From the NCBI RefSeq assembly GCF_009914755.1, contig NC_060925.1: DNA of 64,000 bases; one strand, given 5' to 3'. Source of the stretch: the human T2T-CHM13v2.0 reference genome, Homo sapiens. The notes beneath the pieces were generated by a model. That model worked only from the letters and a program-made list of their open reading frames with translations, did no database searches and was not told where the DNA came from. The position numbers and the translations under genes are program-made. Of the stretch, positions 30,971-46,365 are shown one piece after another (position 1 is the stretch's first letter; the number at the start of each line of letters is the position of its first letter).

Positions 30971-32109
30971 TGAACCAAAATCATTATTTTCTCATTCCTA
31001 CTTTATCATTAGGAAGCAGAAGATGTCAGTCTTGGTTACTGTTAAATTTCCTGCATTTCTACATTTTTGGTGGGAGAATGAAGTTCACTTTTTGGTCCAA
31101 TTTAGCTATCGGGCATTTCCTGTTTGTTTGTCTGCAAGGATTCCACAATAACTGATGAAGAGGAGGACTAATTTTGACCATATCAAGTACAATAAAGGAT
31201 ATCAAGAAACTACTTAAATTCAATTTGATTTAGTCAGATTTCTTGAAGTAAATGATGACCAAAAAAGCAGTTAAAAGTGGTATGGGGAAGAAGTTACAAA
31301 GATAAATGCTCATTGAGTCTAAAAAATAAACGTTCATTGTCTTAGGACAAAATGGTATAAATTTCACCAAATATTTCTATTACATGAATGGAACCCCTCT
31401 ACCGAAAGTGATTGGGTAACACATAATATTTTACTTCACTGAAAACAGGTTCCCTTTAGAAGATAATTTCCTCATTATCCTCAGAGGCTCTGGAATCTGC
31501 TACTAGATTCAGAATTCAATTTTGAATGACTTAGGGGAATAAAACCCTCATAACTTTTCTCTCTAAATTATGAAAGCTCAAAGGCTGAACATCACCCTTA
31601 AAATAATTTATTATTCTAGTATCTAACAGTCTATAACATATTTCTAAATTAATAATTTTTCAATAAATTTAACTTACTACATTAATTTTGAAAAGATTTT
31701 CTTTTTGTGAATTACTATTTCTTCTTTTGCTTTTCATGTAATTATAGTCAGGTCAGTTTACAACTAGAACAAAATCATAGAATATTAAAGCTACTAGGCA
31801 CCTACTGAAGTATAATATCTCCTTGAACTCTACAATTGCCCTATGAGTTAGTTGTGATTTTTCTTATTTCTAAATGAGGAAGCTAGGTTTGGAATAGGTT
31901 CCCAGCATCATGGCACTAGCAGAACCTAAACCCAGCTCTGTTCAAATTCTAAGCTTTTGTACTTTCTACCATAGATGCTACCCATATACTATTCAAGAAC
32001 ACGGAGCAACACCCCACCTCACTGCATATCACAGATGAAAATAACTAAGGTGTGGAAGGTGAAGGGACCAAGTCAGGGTTCCACTGTGGGCTGGCGGTAG
32101 GACTGAGGC

Positions 32110-32320
32110 TTGCTCAGTGGCAGACAGATGTGGGTTGTCTTTCCTCTGTCATTTATTAGCAATATGAGTTTAGGTAATTTGCCTAATCACTTTGAGTTCT
32201 AAAATGAGAATAAACTTATATCATAAGGGTTATGAGGTTGAATGAAATTGTTGCACATAGAGTACTCAGCACTATTGCTTGGCATGTGGTAAGTGATAAA
32301 TTAGAGGTAATTGTTTTCAG
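32110..32320 (+). mobile_element. MIR
   Basis: cagacagatgtgggtt...aaaatgagaataa...gtactcagcactattgcttggcatgtggtaag. Confidence 0.65.
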
Positions 32321-33127
32321 CAACTCTGATAGTAATAACAGGAAATAGAACTTAGGCCTTTTGCATTCTGATAAAAGACTTGTAATTTCTCATCACTGTA
32401 GTCCAATTATAAAAGCATGCCAATTTTGTGGCTGGTATGCTTTGTCCTATCTATTTATTTGCTTATGCATTTACTTAAACAGATCAGCCTTGCTTTAGCT
32501 AGCATTAACTCACAGATAGTGTCACATATCACCATGGACTGTGCACTCACATATAGACATTGTTGGATGCTATTATTTCTTGGCACTGGCCACTAATTCC
32601 TGGGCCTCTTGAGAAATGTGGAGTTGTGCTTTTGCTCTTTGAAACCCCCTGGGACCCCACTGTGCTGTTCCCTCTGACATGTCAGCTGTGGCAGGTCCAG
32701 GTTCATTACCGATTTCCCTGGGCTCTCTGGAAATCGGGCCCTGCTTATTTGCCTGCATCCCAGCTGCCCGAGCTCCACCCCCTTTCTGGCGGCTGCTCCC
32801 TGCAGCTTTCTGATCATATTGCAGTAGCTCCTAATTGTCCACAGCTTCTTGTCTTTCTTTTTCTCTGTGAGTGAAGCTCAGTGAGTGGATCATTTTGTAT
32901 TAATCGTTTATTTAATAGACCTTCCATTTGTCAATGGGCTTCCATCTGCCTGTTCTTTCCTTTTAGGCTGGGGCAGGTATACAAAAAAAGCCCTTATTTT
33001 TTCCTCATCCCTTCTGTGTGTTTTGTTATTATTATTATTACCATTATTTTTGTCTCCCTCTCTATCCTTATCTGCCCCTTTAAGCTTTTACTGACACAGC
33101 AGATTCTTACCTTACTTCCTTCAATTT

Positions 33128-33442
<315 letters not shown>

Positions 33443-34506
33443 TCAGTTTTTCTAAGCACAAATGATTGTTTAATGCCTTGATGTCAGATACTTTGTTTAT
33501 AAAGCCACATCAGTCTTTCCCTGTTCCTCTCAAGCTCTTGCTTCCCTGCATCTGATGATAACATTAAAAGAACTCTCTTGTTTGTCCCTGAATGAATGCC
33601 TTAAACGACAGAATCAGGAAAGATATCTATGCTATATCTATATCAATGTATGTCTATATATCTACATTTCTGTCAATATCTACATGAAACTTTGGTTGAT
33701 GTGGAGTATGGCAGCCTGAGAGCCGACTGTGAAAATGGTGATTATGCAGAAAACAGGATGCATGTTTCTGTATAGCTGTATAGCAGCTCTAACTGTATCC
33801 CAACTCCCCAGGTGGTAGCAGGAATATAAGGCTGTCATTCCTGGTCTGGTTCTCACCAGGTTATATAATATTGCACACAAACCACTAGGATTTCAAAACA
33901 TGGTAGAGTTCAAGAACTTATCGTCCTGAAATGCCCCCTCTGTCTCTGCCAAGAAAGTTGCACTAGCCTATAAAGGCCCTTTTCCATTTGAAGTCTCACC
34001 TCTCCATGGAATCTTCCCTGATGGTGTCTGAGAGCTACAATTACATTTATTGTTTGACTCTCAGATTTTGGCATTGGTTCAGATTGTTTTGCATCTTACT
34101 GTGTATTCCTTTCTAGGGTGTTTCTTTTTATGCCTAACTGTTTAATATGTGTAGCTTTTCACTCCTAATAAATGCTATAAAATTGCTTAAAAGTAGGACT
34201 ACTAATGTTTAGGCATCCTTCACCCTTTGATTTTCATCTACTACCAGATGATTTAGTGTATGTCAGAATGCCCTGGGGACTTGCATTAAAAAGACTCCTG
34301 GGTCTTTCTGTACCCCAGTTGAATCAGAAACTTCAGAGATGGGGACCCAAATTTTATTTAAATGAACTCTTGGGGGTTTATGATATCAACAAAAGTGTGC
34401 TAACAATTACTTTTGGAGATGCCTCTAAAACTGCTTTCATATATCTCTTCTTTCCTAGTCTCACTGTCATCTCACTAAGCAAGGCTCATATCATCCAAAA
34501 TACATG

Positions 34507-34507
<1 letters not shown>

Positions 34508-34546
<39 letters not shown>
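34508..34546. repeat. (CA)19 microsatellite
   Basis: Perfect run. Confidence 0.97.
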
Positions 34547-34547
<1 letters not shown>

Positions 34548-34868
34548 ACTCTATTTTTTAAATTTGATCTTGGAACCCCTAACAAACATGAACTAGTGCT
34601 TCATATGTGTCAGACACAGTGGTAGATGTAGAGATGAATAAATCATGTCCTTTGTCCTTGAGGAGTTTACAATGCAGAGAGGAAGGCACGCGTATACATC
34701 CCACAATTACAGGGCAAGGCCATGGACAAAAACATGGTTGCCTCAAGATTGTGCTTGGAATACAAGTGTCATGCTATTTGTCCATCTCATCCTGGGAATG
34801 GGAGGCTTGAAGTCAGCCTTCAATTTCAGTGGTGGAGGAGCTGCATCTCCGCGAAAAGAAAACAAAGG

Positions 34869-35197
<329 letters not shown>

Positions 35198-36037
35198 CTA
35201 AGAGAAGGACATTGACACTTGGTTATTTTGCACTGGACCAGCACTTTCTCCGTGACTCAGATCTGAGAGCATCAGCATCTGGGGCCAGTTAGCTAAGTGC
35301 ATGGCTGGGAGAGAGAGTTGCCCGCATGTCCACTGAACACCTGGGCCTGGAGTAGATTGTCAAAACATGTGCTCTTTGGTCTCAAGAGTAAATTCCTGGT
35401 ATAGTGACACCACTGATTCATGACAATCTGTGATACATAGAAGGTTGGCAATTTCTACTGACCCTGTCAGAATTGTCATTTCTTGAAACACAGTCTGTCA
35501 TTTCAGAATATCTAACACTTTAAAACAGCTTATTGTGGCGGTGCCATGGCAACAAAAAAAGGCTTTTCCGCATTTGTACCAAACAAGAGCTAAAGGTGTT
35601 TGAAGAGCAAATAGAAACAGTCTGTAGTTCAGTATGGGGAGATGTTTAAAGAAATTGGCAGGAGTAATTTGTGCACCAGTAAATTGACAGAATTGATTTC
35701 CCTCCTCTGTCTCTTGTGCTTGCAAGCCCCAATGTGTGGCATGAGCCTGGGTCTCTGGTAGGTGGCTTTTCTGAGCCATCTTTTCTCAATTTTTTGTCAG
35801 ATGAACACTCTTTCCTGGTGATGTGGGGGAATATTTTTGCTAACGTCTTTACTATGGGTAACATTTTGGAGAGCAAACTGCTGCTTAGTCTCTGGGACAC
35901 TTTGTCTAAGTCATACCCATCACATCTGCAGGCCGTAGTCTCCTCTGTAAGATGAGGTCTTTAGATGAGCTCAGTGTTTTCCAAACCTGGTTGGACATTA
36001 GAATAGTCTGAGAAGCGTGTTAAAAATGTAAGTTACA

Positions 36038-36350
<313 letters not shown>

Positions 36351-37579
36351 ATACAAGTTCCAGAGACCCAGCTAGTCTTACTGATAAAAAATCTTCTGTG
36401 GAAGGGGTCCAGGAAATGGTCTTTCTAATCTGTGCCCTGGTAGTTTCAATGCAGGCAGGCCTCTCCCTAGCACCTAAAACCATTGGCCCAAGTGCTCCAC
36501 AAAGACCTTCTAGCTTTGCATTCTATGCTTTAATGACGCTACAGCCAAGCCGCACCCAATTACCCCCTCCTTGTTCCTAACTTCCCCTCCTTGCCTTATA
36601 CACAAAGAACCTGTCAGCCTCTTTTCTTTGGTGACTCCTTTGGGCACTGGGAGGCGTAAGAGTTTTGTTGACATTCAGCAAATGAGTACTTTGCTCAGTG
36701 AATGCAGGTCGCTCATCAGCACTGCTGTCAGATTGCTAAGTAATGGTGACTCTGTACAGATAATATGCTACCTTTGTGCAGAACTTAAAGTTTCTTTTCA
36801 GGTGCTGCACACACTTTCACATAGGACTGGAATTGTAAGCCATTTCTGTCTATCTAGCTCTGTGGGTTGGAATCTACCAAGGGGACAAAGACCGGGATAA
36901 TGTTGACCTAGGGATTCCACAGTAAAAAATCAGACACGGGCTTGGAAGAATCTTTCTGTCTATAAATCATCCAGTCCAGTGCTTCATGCTGAGTACAGCA
37001 CTCCACTCATCCAGGAGAGTAAGATTCATGCCAGGTGAGAAAAAACAGCTGGTTGATTTCCTTTCTGAAAGATGGAAGGGATATAAACAAACAAAAACAA
37101 AAAACTACCTTTGAATTGGTAAATTTTGGATCATTGTTCCAGTCTGATCTATTCCATCCCCAAAGCTAACAATGCTAGTGGCAGGTACACTTACAAAGTG
37201 ACGCCTGGTTAAAAATCAATGAAAAGGAAGCTTGCTTTGGCAGAAGGGAGCCTCCTTATTGAATGTTTGTGAGTGTGTTACTTATGGAGACTTGGCAAAT
37301 ACCTAAATTCAATCAAGGTGAACCGGGTTTATTCAGGAGATGGGCAGGTTTCCACAAAGAGCTATAATCAAACAAGAATCAGTGAAGGGTGTGGTCTGTA
37401 TGATGTATCACAAAGAAAGTAGGGCAGAAAGCGTTTATCCAGTTCTTTGATGAACTGCATAGAGGAATTCTAACTGACAGACATGAGGACGTGGACACTC
37501 AGCAGGGCACTGCAGAGTGAGCAGCGGCAGATGGGAAAACAATATTATGTTACAATACAAATTATATTGGTTTCATTAT

Positions 37580-38310
37580 TACATTTGCTTACACCAACTG
37601 CATGTCAAGCCCTATAGATACTAAAGTGCTTTAACAGATTTTAAAATTTAATCTCTAAAATAACCCTATGTCGTAGGACTGTTTTTATCCACATTTTATT
37701 GACAAGAAAACCAGTCACCGGGAGTTTTCTAAGCCAGTCACCTACGTGGCCCAAAGAGGATGCAGGATATGAAGGCAGGCTCATCTGTCTCCAGGGTCCT
37801 GGTCTTAGCCACTCGGCACTCCTGCCCCCTTCTCATCATGTTTTTCCTTAGCTGGGATGAAATATGCCCAACTATCCAATTCTTAGTCACGGATTCTATG
37901 TCTATCAGCATCCCTGGAAACCTAATATAAGGAAGAGAGGTGTTCCGAATGGTGGGCATGACTATTATAAATGCTACACTGGCATTTAATTTATATACTT
38001 TTATAAGTCTAGTTAGCATGAGGTAATCTTCATGAGTCTAATGGTGGGTGAACTGAAAAAACAAATCGTGAAGATATTAGAGCTGAGTGTTTAAGAGTTT
38101 GGGCTCAAAATCTGGAGTAATCTGGGTTTCATTCTTGGTTCCATTGCTTATTAGCCATAACTGAGCCTCAGTTTCCTCATCTGTAAAATAGAGATAACCA
38201 TAGTACTGCTTTATAGGGCTGCCATGATGATTAAATGAAGTGGTGCTCAACTGTACTTAGCACAGTTCCCAGCTTGTGGTAGGTGCTCAAAACACGTTAC
38301 CGATTCATTA
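37580..38310. mobile_element. Two MIR copies (~37580-37830 on -, ~38080-38310 on +)
   Basis: ataaccctatg...tatccacattttattgacaagaaaac; ctgagcctcagtttcctcatctgtaaaatagagataa. Confidence 0.7.
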
Positions 38311-38529
38311 TTGGACCTTTGAAGCTGGGGGTCAGGTCTTAGGGTATGGTTACCCTTGGTGTATGGTGTAAGAGGCTGCCATTTGTTGAGGATCTGCATC
38401 TGCTGTAAGCAATCCTTTTTGATGAAAGCTCTTTGGCATTCACATATGACAATATCATTTAATCTTTGAGCTTGCCTACTTGCAAAATTTTTTGGTTTTC
38501 ACTTGTCACATACCCCTTTTCGAAACTTT

Positions 38530-39010
38530 ATTTTTTACATTTTAATTGTATATTAAAAATATAAAATCATGCATACTTTTTATAATATTCAAAGAACACA
38601 AATGTATATAAAGCTAAATATGATGCCCTCACCTATTCTGCAGTTTAGTATGTAACCTTCCTAACTTTTTCTGTATGATCTATGTACATAATATATAATG
38701 TTTTATATTGTCTTTTGTTCTTTTCAAAGATGAGTTTACATTATACAGAGTGTCCCACAATTTGTTTTTTGTTTGTTTGTTTTTGTTTTTTCTCACTCAA
38801 CAAACACTATGAATATTCTTCCATGTTGTAAAATACTCATTTTTAGACATGGCCATATGGGATGTTAGAGTATCATCTCCAAATTTTTCTATTGCAACCA
38901 ATCTGGCAATGAATGTTCTTATCCATGGGCATTTTTTTGTGAGAGTATTTTTGTAGACTATTCTTAGAAGTAGAACTTCTGGGCCAAAGGAGTCAGTAAT
39001 ATAATTAACC
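38530..39010 (-). mobile_element. L1ME 3' fragment
   Basis: ttctcactcaaca...ttccatgtt...ttcttagaagtagaacttctgggccaaagg. Confidence 0.6.
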
Positions 39011-39734
39011 ATTCTCTTATTTTTGAGCAGCTAAGTTTAAAATATTTTACTCTTTCACTGAAAAGGCTGTAATGATAGCCTTTGTGTTTACTTTTCTTTT
39101 GAATTATTTTCTTGGAATTTATTTATTTATTAATAAATAACAATAGTTACCAAAGTAAAATATAATCATAGGACAGGAATTCATGACTTGTGGTTTCTCT
39201 TTCATAGTCTCCTTCTGGACATGTAGTAGTCCATCTTACAGAAGAGAAAACTGAGTGTCTAAAGTACTGACCTATAGCACCCAAGAGGCAGACCTAGAAT
39301 TTGAGCTAAGATCAGTCTGCTTTCAAAACTGACACTTTTTGATGCATCTGACCAATGCGGCTGCCCCTAAATATTAAGTATGAGCTTGTTTCGAGATTCT
39401 AGGGCTATGGAGGGCTCATTGCCAGTGGTGGGAGGAGACCATCATTAAGGCAAGGGAGGCAATATAGCAAGGTAAATACTGCGATGGAGAATCACAGGGT
39501 TTGTGTGGGCCATCAAACCTAGCTCACGGTGGGGGCAATCCCTTTCAAAACCTATTAAATGACATTCATAGTCTCAGTGCATTGACTGGGGGTAGATAAG
39601 AGTTGGCCCATTTATAGATGGGAAAGATGAGGCAGGGGACAGCTTATAATGGCTTTACCTCGGTACAGGCCTGATGAAACCAAAGGCTCTGCCAGGCTGT
39701 TTTCCATTGAGAAACATTGTTCTTTCTCCTACAG

Positions 39735-39848
39735 AATGATAATCTCTGGAAATATTATACTGAGAAGTGGAGCAGCCAGTCAGCATCAAGTCAAGCTAGG
39801 AGAATCCCCAGGAGGCAAAGTCTTCCTGGCAAAAAGACCATTTCATAA
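39735..39848 (+). other. Candidate non-coding exon (114 nt)
   Basis: Acceptor ttgttctttctcctacag| and donor aa|gtgaga in non-repetitive DNA. No transcript evidence available. Confidence 0.3.
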
Positions 39849-41269
39849 GTGAGACTTCCTCTGGGAAAAGGAGCATGAAGTTACTTCATGCATCACTGGG
39901 TCAGTTCTCTGGGATTGTTGGTTGACTCTGAGCAGGGAGATACCCACAGGGAGGGGCAGACATAGGTGGACAAGTTCCTGAGCCTCTATACTCCATCTAT
40001 ATCCACATGCAATTGTTCATGTTTTTTTTCAGCACCTGCTGTTTGTCAGGTGATGCGTCTACACTGGGAATCTAGTGATGATGAAGGTAGACACAGATGT
40101 AACCCTAAGGAATTCATGGTTCATTAAGGCAGCAGCCTGGAAGCCTTGAATCACCAGGCTGGGAGATACGTGTGGTCACAGGGTTTGTATAAAGAAGTTG
40201 ACTTTGAAGAATTAGTCTGAAGCCAGGCCCCTGAGCAGGCTGACTTCTGTTTAGGGAGCACATTCTATTCTGCCTGGGAAGTGAGGAAATGGGGCATGTG
40301 AGCTAGCAAAAGTGCCTGGCCAGCATCGTGCAACCTGATGCAGTATAAAGTGGGACAAACCTGGGCCATGCAGGACAGCCTCGTGATGACAAAGTCAATG
40401 CCCGGCTGACATAGTTATGAAAGGAGGGGATTCACAGCCGTGATCTGAAAGCATCTCTGCTCAGCCTAAAAGGGAGCTTCAGGCATAGCTCCACTCCTCA
40501 AGGAGCTCACAGTTCCTAACTGTGCCTTCAAATAATGTAGGGGCATAGTGAACACATCTTGCAAGCCACCATGAAGGGCTCACAATCAAGGTAGAGATGC
40601 TTCTGGAGTGGTGGATGGAGTTACCTGTGTTCTACTCCCTTGGCAGAGCAGGCATCAGGGTATTAAAGGGGCAAAGAGCTGACGTAGGAGTAGGTAGAGC
40701 TGGAAGGCACTACTGATATCTTCCCAGCCCCATACAGAGTGTATTTGCATCAGACTTGTCTCTAGGTTGGAGCGGCCTTTCTTGACATGGGGAAATAATG
40801 CATCTCCAGCTCCTGGTGATGTCTTGTCTCGATCCTGGAAAGGTTGGATCCTGGCCAATTGTCCCTAGAAGCATTTTGAGGACCCACCTGTACTGAAGTC
40901 CATCTCCCTGGGGTAGTTTTCTACCAAAACCAAGTGCCCAGCACTGCCTATGTCTCTTCTTTCCCCAGCCTGTAGTCATGAGGTGTAGTGAAGCTTTCAG
41001 GGAATAGCCAGCCACTTGCAGGGCAGTTACAGAAGGAGTCAGTTTGGCCACCCAGATATTCTACCCCTGAGAAGAGCGCCCCAGGAATCAGACCCAGGAT
41101 TTTTCTCACTTGGGGTGGAAGTGCAGGTGTGTGTCTCACAGTGTGAACATAGGAGCTGTGTAGCCATGAGGAGTAGCCATGAGGAGGCCTTCTGCATTCT
41201 TCCCTTCATGGAAACCATGATGGCTCTGTGGTGAGAGGGGCTTCTCCCAGAGATGACATACTGAAGGAT

Positions 41270-41841
41270 GTGTGCAAGCCTACTACTCAACAAAACTGAG
41301 GAATCCAATCAGGGAAGCAGAGCTGTGGCTATCAGGGAGCAAGAAATTAATAAGAGGAATTGGTCCTTACACAAATGTGGAAAAGCTGGGGGAAGTAAAG
41401 GTCTGAAAAAGAGATTTGGAAGTTCAGAGAACTGATGTGGATGGACAAGTCAGAGCTTGCAAAGACATCTGGATGCGAGGCACATCCTCCTAATGCGGCG
41501 GGACCATGGAAAGTGTCTACGGAGGCTGTCTCTTCATAGCTACTGTCTCTGAGTTCACAGCCTGAGTTGTTGGTCAGCAGGAAGGGACACTGGGAAAAAG
41601 AGATGGACAGATGGCATGGGGAAGAGCAGGGACAAACTGGAATCCATCCATACCTCTGCATCCATCTCTCATTACCTCCATCCACAGTCCCCTTTGCAGC
41701 ATAATAACTGACACTCCACTTTTGCCTTCCAAATTTTGGGCAAATTCTCTTTTTGCCACCTCTAAACTGGAACCATACAGCGATGAAGCTCTGAGAAAAG
41801 TAATTCCAGCTCAGCCATGTTGACAAAGTATGAAAACACAA
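41270..41841 (-). mobile_element. Old ERVL LTR (LTR41/LTR52-like)
   Basis: End motif ctgagaaaagtaattccagctcagccatgttgacaaagtatgaaaacaca; also ccttacacaaatgtgg. Confidence 0.5.
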
Positions 41842-41959
41842 TAGACCATCAAAGACCTATGCACTGTGCTTTTCATCGGATATGAATGTGTAGAGAACCA
41901 GGGGATCCTGGGGCAATAAAATGTGCCAAGTCCCAGAATCTAATAACATAATGGCACCT

Positions 41960-43060
41960 GCCAGGGTCTGTAAAAAGCTCAGCATGACTGGAGGACAGAG
42001 TGAAATGTTAGGGCTTACTGGGCAGATGAAGGCATGGCAGAAGGAGTGTTGGTTGGGGCCAGATGATTTTGTGCTTTATATATTATAATTTAAAAGTTTA
42101 GCCTTTATTCTATGAGAAGAGTTTTAAGTGAAGGGGAAGAAAATGAGCACATTAGCAGTTTAAAAAGATCATTCTAGTTTTAGTCTGTGAATGGTTTAGA
42201 GGGGGGCAAACCTCGTGTCAGGGACAACAGGAGTCTGCTTCATGAAATGATGCCTAAGAGATTGAAAGAAGCCATCCAAGTGAAAGGATCTTAAGCATGG
42301 AGAAATGCTGGACTCTGAAGTTTGATTGGATATCAAACTGGGATAACTGAGTTGATGGCAGTGCCATCAACAGAAGACAAAAGAAACTGGGAGAGGTTTG
42401 GAGAGGAAGAGGATAATTTCGTTTAGGCCGTGCTGCTTACATTGTTAGATATATGAATTGGAGTTCAGGGAGAAATACAATCTGAGTATATAGATTTCAG
42501 AGCATTAACATATGCCAGATTTAACTTTGTGTTTTCATGAGTCCCTTAGAGAATATGAAGAAAGCTATTTTCATCAGGAAAAAAAGTTTAAAACACACAC
42601 AAACACACACACATACCCACATTTTTTTTCATGGGATACACAGAGCACTTGAGTTCATCTGTAGATACTTTAGGGATAACAGAGTGTGCCTAGAATATGG
42701 ATGCAGTAAGAGAAGGAGATCAGAAAATAACTTTGGGAAGCATAATACTTAATGAGTGGATGGAGTAAAGAGCCTGTAAAAATTGCTGAGAAGGGATGGC
42801 TTAAGGAGAAAGAGGGAAGCCAGTAGAGTGTAGACAAATGAAAGCCAAGGTAGAAAATTTAAAGAAAGCATGGTGATATTATAGAAAATATAGAAAAGTC
42901 AAGTAAGGGAAAGATGGGGGAAAAATCGACCCAATTTAGCAAAAAGTGAGAAATTTAAATGTAGAAGAATAGAGGCCACTAAAGAACAAATATGAAGATA
43001 CAGGAAATGAGGGGAGAGTTAAGTAGATGTGAGAATGTGACAGGAAAGAAGGAGGGGGAT
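41960..43060 (-). mobile_element. Degenerate L2
   Basis: Purine-rich + strand with ggggccagat..., tttaaaaagatcattct, tttgattggatat, gatggcagtgccat. Confidence 0.6.
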
Positions 43061-44019
43061 ATGAAGAAGTATAATGGGCAGAGAAATGAGAGCAGGAATT
43101 TGGGGGAATTCTGGGACATTGTCTTCTGGATCTTCTCTACTTCTGTAAAAGAAGGGCTCAGGTCAGCTAATTGGAGGACTTGCTGGCCATAAGTTTGACT
43201 TCAGGCTTCCTGGAAGCTAGGACCAAACTGGACTAGAGTGAATTATGTAGTTCCTTCTGTCCCAAAGAAAGAAATATTTTTAACTCAGGAGGTATGTCAG
43301 CCCCATCTGGCTCCTTTAAGCAGCCCAGTCCAGCCTGCATTTCATGCTGGACTCTATGCAAAAGGGGCAGCTGGTGAAACCTCCCCCATAGGAGAGTGGA
43401 GCTTGGAACTGGTCTCCTGACCCTTGTGTCACGTTACCACGCTGCTTTCTCAAGTCTCCAGGATGCCAGCATGGCTCTTCCTGTCTTTGCCTCCCATTTC
43501 AGATTTGATGCTGAACCCTCTTGTTTACTCAGGAGTGACATTGACTTTCCCAAATCAGCAGCCCCTATAGCTAATCTCAGGGAACATCCCTAAGGGTGCA
43601 GCCCAGCCACAAGACCATTTTACCATGGGTCCTTTCATGGGCACATCTCGTGGGACAAAATTAGAAGCCTTGAGATATTTGATTCAGCCTTGGATCAAAT
43701 GAAAAGAAACCACAGTTCACATTTTAGGGAGAAGACGAGAAAAAATAATCTTGTTGACATATGTACTTAAGAACTTAAAGTGTTATGTTGGTTAATATCT
43801 TTCTCGGCAATATAGAGAAGAGCAGGTTGGAGAATATTTACACCTCAGTGAGTGTGGGAGCACCGTGAACATAAAGTACTGAGAGACTCTTGCCAGAAAC
43901 CAATGGGGCAAAGATCTTATTTAGCTTTAATCATGTTATCAAATTTATAACTCCTCTATTTAACTTTTGCTGATATGGAATAGGAGATTCCCCATGATAT
44001 TTAATTATAAAGTTCTATT

Positions 44020-45300
44020 TTTCTGTTTCTTATTTTGAAATGATTACAAATTATAACAAAAATAAAGAACATTTCCAACCTGAACCACCTGAAAAAAATT
44101 GCTAATCCAATACCCATCACCTCCAATTACCCCAGTGAGTATTTCCTACAAATGAGTATTCTCTTATAAAATCATAACTTGACCAACGAAATAGGGAAAT
44201 TAACATTGATAAGTCACCATCTAACCCTCAGATCCCCAGTTGCCCAACAATGTCAGGTATAGCAAAAGACTGCTCCAGTTCAGAATCACACATTACATTT
44301 GGTTGTCATGTTTTTCAGCCTTCTGTCTAGAATGGTTCATTAATCTCTTTACTTTCATCTCCTTACGTTTTTGAAGAGAACAAGCCAGTTATTTTGCAGC
44401 ATGGCCCTCAATTCAGGTCTGACTGATGGTTCTTCATGCTTAGATTCAGGTTGTGCATCTTTAGCAGGAATATCCCAGAACCAATGCTGTGCTCCTCTTC
44501 CTGTATCTTATTATCAGTGGCACATAATTTTGTTTGTTCCATTACTAATGAGTTATTTTAATCACTCGATTAAGGTAGTGTCTGCCAGACTTCTCCACTG
44601 AGAGGTTATTCTTCCCCTTTTTCACTTAAGCATTTTGTAGGGAGGTATTATGAAACTATATAAATATCCCATTTCTCATCAAACTTTATCTAATTATTTA
44701 CTTATCTCTCTATGGGTTCATGGTAGCCTATGGTATCCAATCAGTTATAACCCATTATTATCATTATTTATTTTGATGATCAAATTGTCCTCAGTTTTTC
44801 CAGTGAAAATCTATTGAAGCAGACTTCTGTGTCTTTTGACATGTTTCCATCATTCTGAAACGCTTTCTTGCCTTCTGGCACAATAAATGTGTGTGTTAGC
44901 CTCACCTTTTACTTTCCCTGTCCCAGATCTGAAATCAGTAATTTTTCCAAAGGGGCCATGGTTTCTTTTAGTTTTGAGAATGGGATTTAGAAGCCATGAT
45001 CTGGGTGCCAGGTATGTTTATTACAACTGGGGTGTCACTGCTTCCAGGCCCTTTCAAAGGACAGAGCTGGGGGATATATGTATGTAAATATATACATTTA
45101 TTCGCACATTTACTTTTATATTTATTTATATAACTAATACAATATATTAAAAGTCTGTAGTTCACATGAGTATCTCTAAGTCCAATCCAACCCACTGAGT
45201 TTATTTTGGTCTTTTTCCTTCTGGTATTTGTAATTTTCTTCTTCAACAGTGAAGATCTGGCTCTCATTATCTCTAATATATCTACTTATTTGATCAACAC
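44020..45300 (-). mobile_element. L1MC (L1MC4-like) 3' region
   Basis: ttgaagagaacaagccagttattttgcag...tagattcaggttgtgcat...gatcaaattgtcc...gatctgggtgccagg...cagagctggggga. Confidence 0.8.
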
Positions 45301-45344
45301 CCCTCCTTAAATCAGTTTTCCATCTCTGCCACCACCCCTTTTCT

Positions 45345-46365
45345 TGCAAGGATGTCCTCTTCACCCCAACTTGGGTTCTGAAACTCTTGCCAGACTACCC
45401 CCTATTTGGAACTCTCTGTACCCTGCTGGATTGGAACTGTCATACTGGTCTACCCCCATATGTGGATGCCCTCCTCAGCCTACTTCAGATCTGACTCTTT
45501 CCACCTCTGCATGGAAGCCTTTCTCATCCTGCTTAGGTGTGACTTCCCACGTTGGGTTGCCCTTATCCTCACCTTGCTTCGTGGGTTCTGCCTCCTTACC
45601 CTGGCCACCTCTCCCAGAGCTGAACACCCTCCTCACCCATTTTGGGCCAGGACACCTCATGCTAGTCTACCCGCTCCATGGATTCTGACATCATCTTGCT
45701 TTTGCTGACTCCCAATGCCCCAAGCATGAGTGCCTTCCTTATTCTTTTTGGAAACTGACCCACCCTACCAGATGCCTCTCTTCTGGGAGGTCATCCTGAA
45801 GAACACTGAATTAGGGCTCTCATCCCCCAGCTGGCTACTCCCCCCCATCACATGGACACCTTCCTCACCCTGCATTACTCATCAGGGCAGGCCATCCCTC
45901 CTCAGGGTCAACCCCTTTACCCCTTGGATCCTGACTCCTCACAATAACTGTCCTTTTTCTGTTCTTGGAGATGACCTCCTCACCCCACCTGGGCTCTGAT
46001 TCCCTATGCCATGCCCCTCTACCTGGACACCTTTATCAATGTTCTTGACTCTGACCTCTCACACCAGGTTACCTCCTGACAATCTATACCAAAACTCCTC
46101 CAGGTGTGGATGCCCTTGTCACTATTCTTGGGCTCTGAACTTGCATGCCAGGCTATGCTTATACATAGGTGCCCTCCTCATTCTTTTTGGCCTCTGATAC
46201 CTCATGTCAGGCTGTCCCCATACTTGAATGTCTTTCTCACCCTTCTTGGCCCTCAACACCTCACGCTGGTCCACTTGCCTGCAAGAACACCCTGCTTGGG
46301 ACCCTGAAGCCCACCCCAGATGCCCCTCCAGCATGGATGCCTACCTTGCTCTGTTCCATTTAATG
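45345..46365. repeat. Ancient degenerate minisatellite, ~55-60 bp unit (tggatgccctcctcaccctgcttgggctctgacacc...), roughly 17-20 copies
   Basis: Recurring tggatgccctcctca / tggacaccttcctcaccc / ttgggctctga motifs at ~58 bp spacing, clearest at 46108-46365. Confidence 0.8.

Noticed and set aside
41347-41841. 164 aa ORF on the - strand
   Set aside because: It coincides with an old LTR-like sequence and has no protein-family features.
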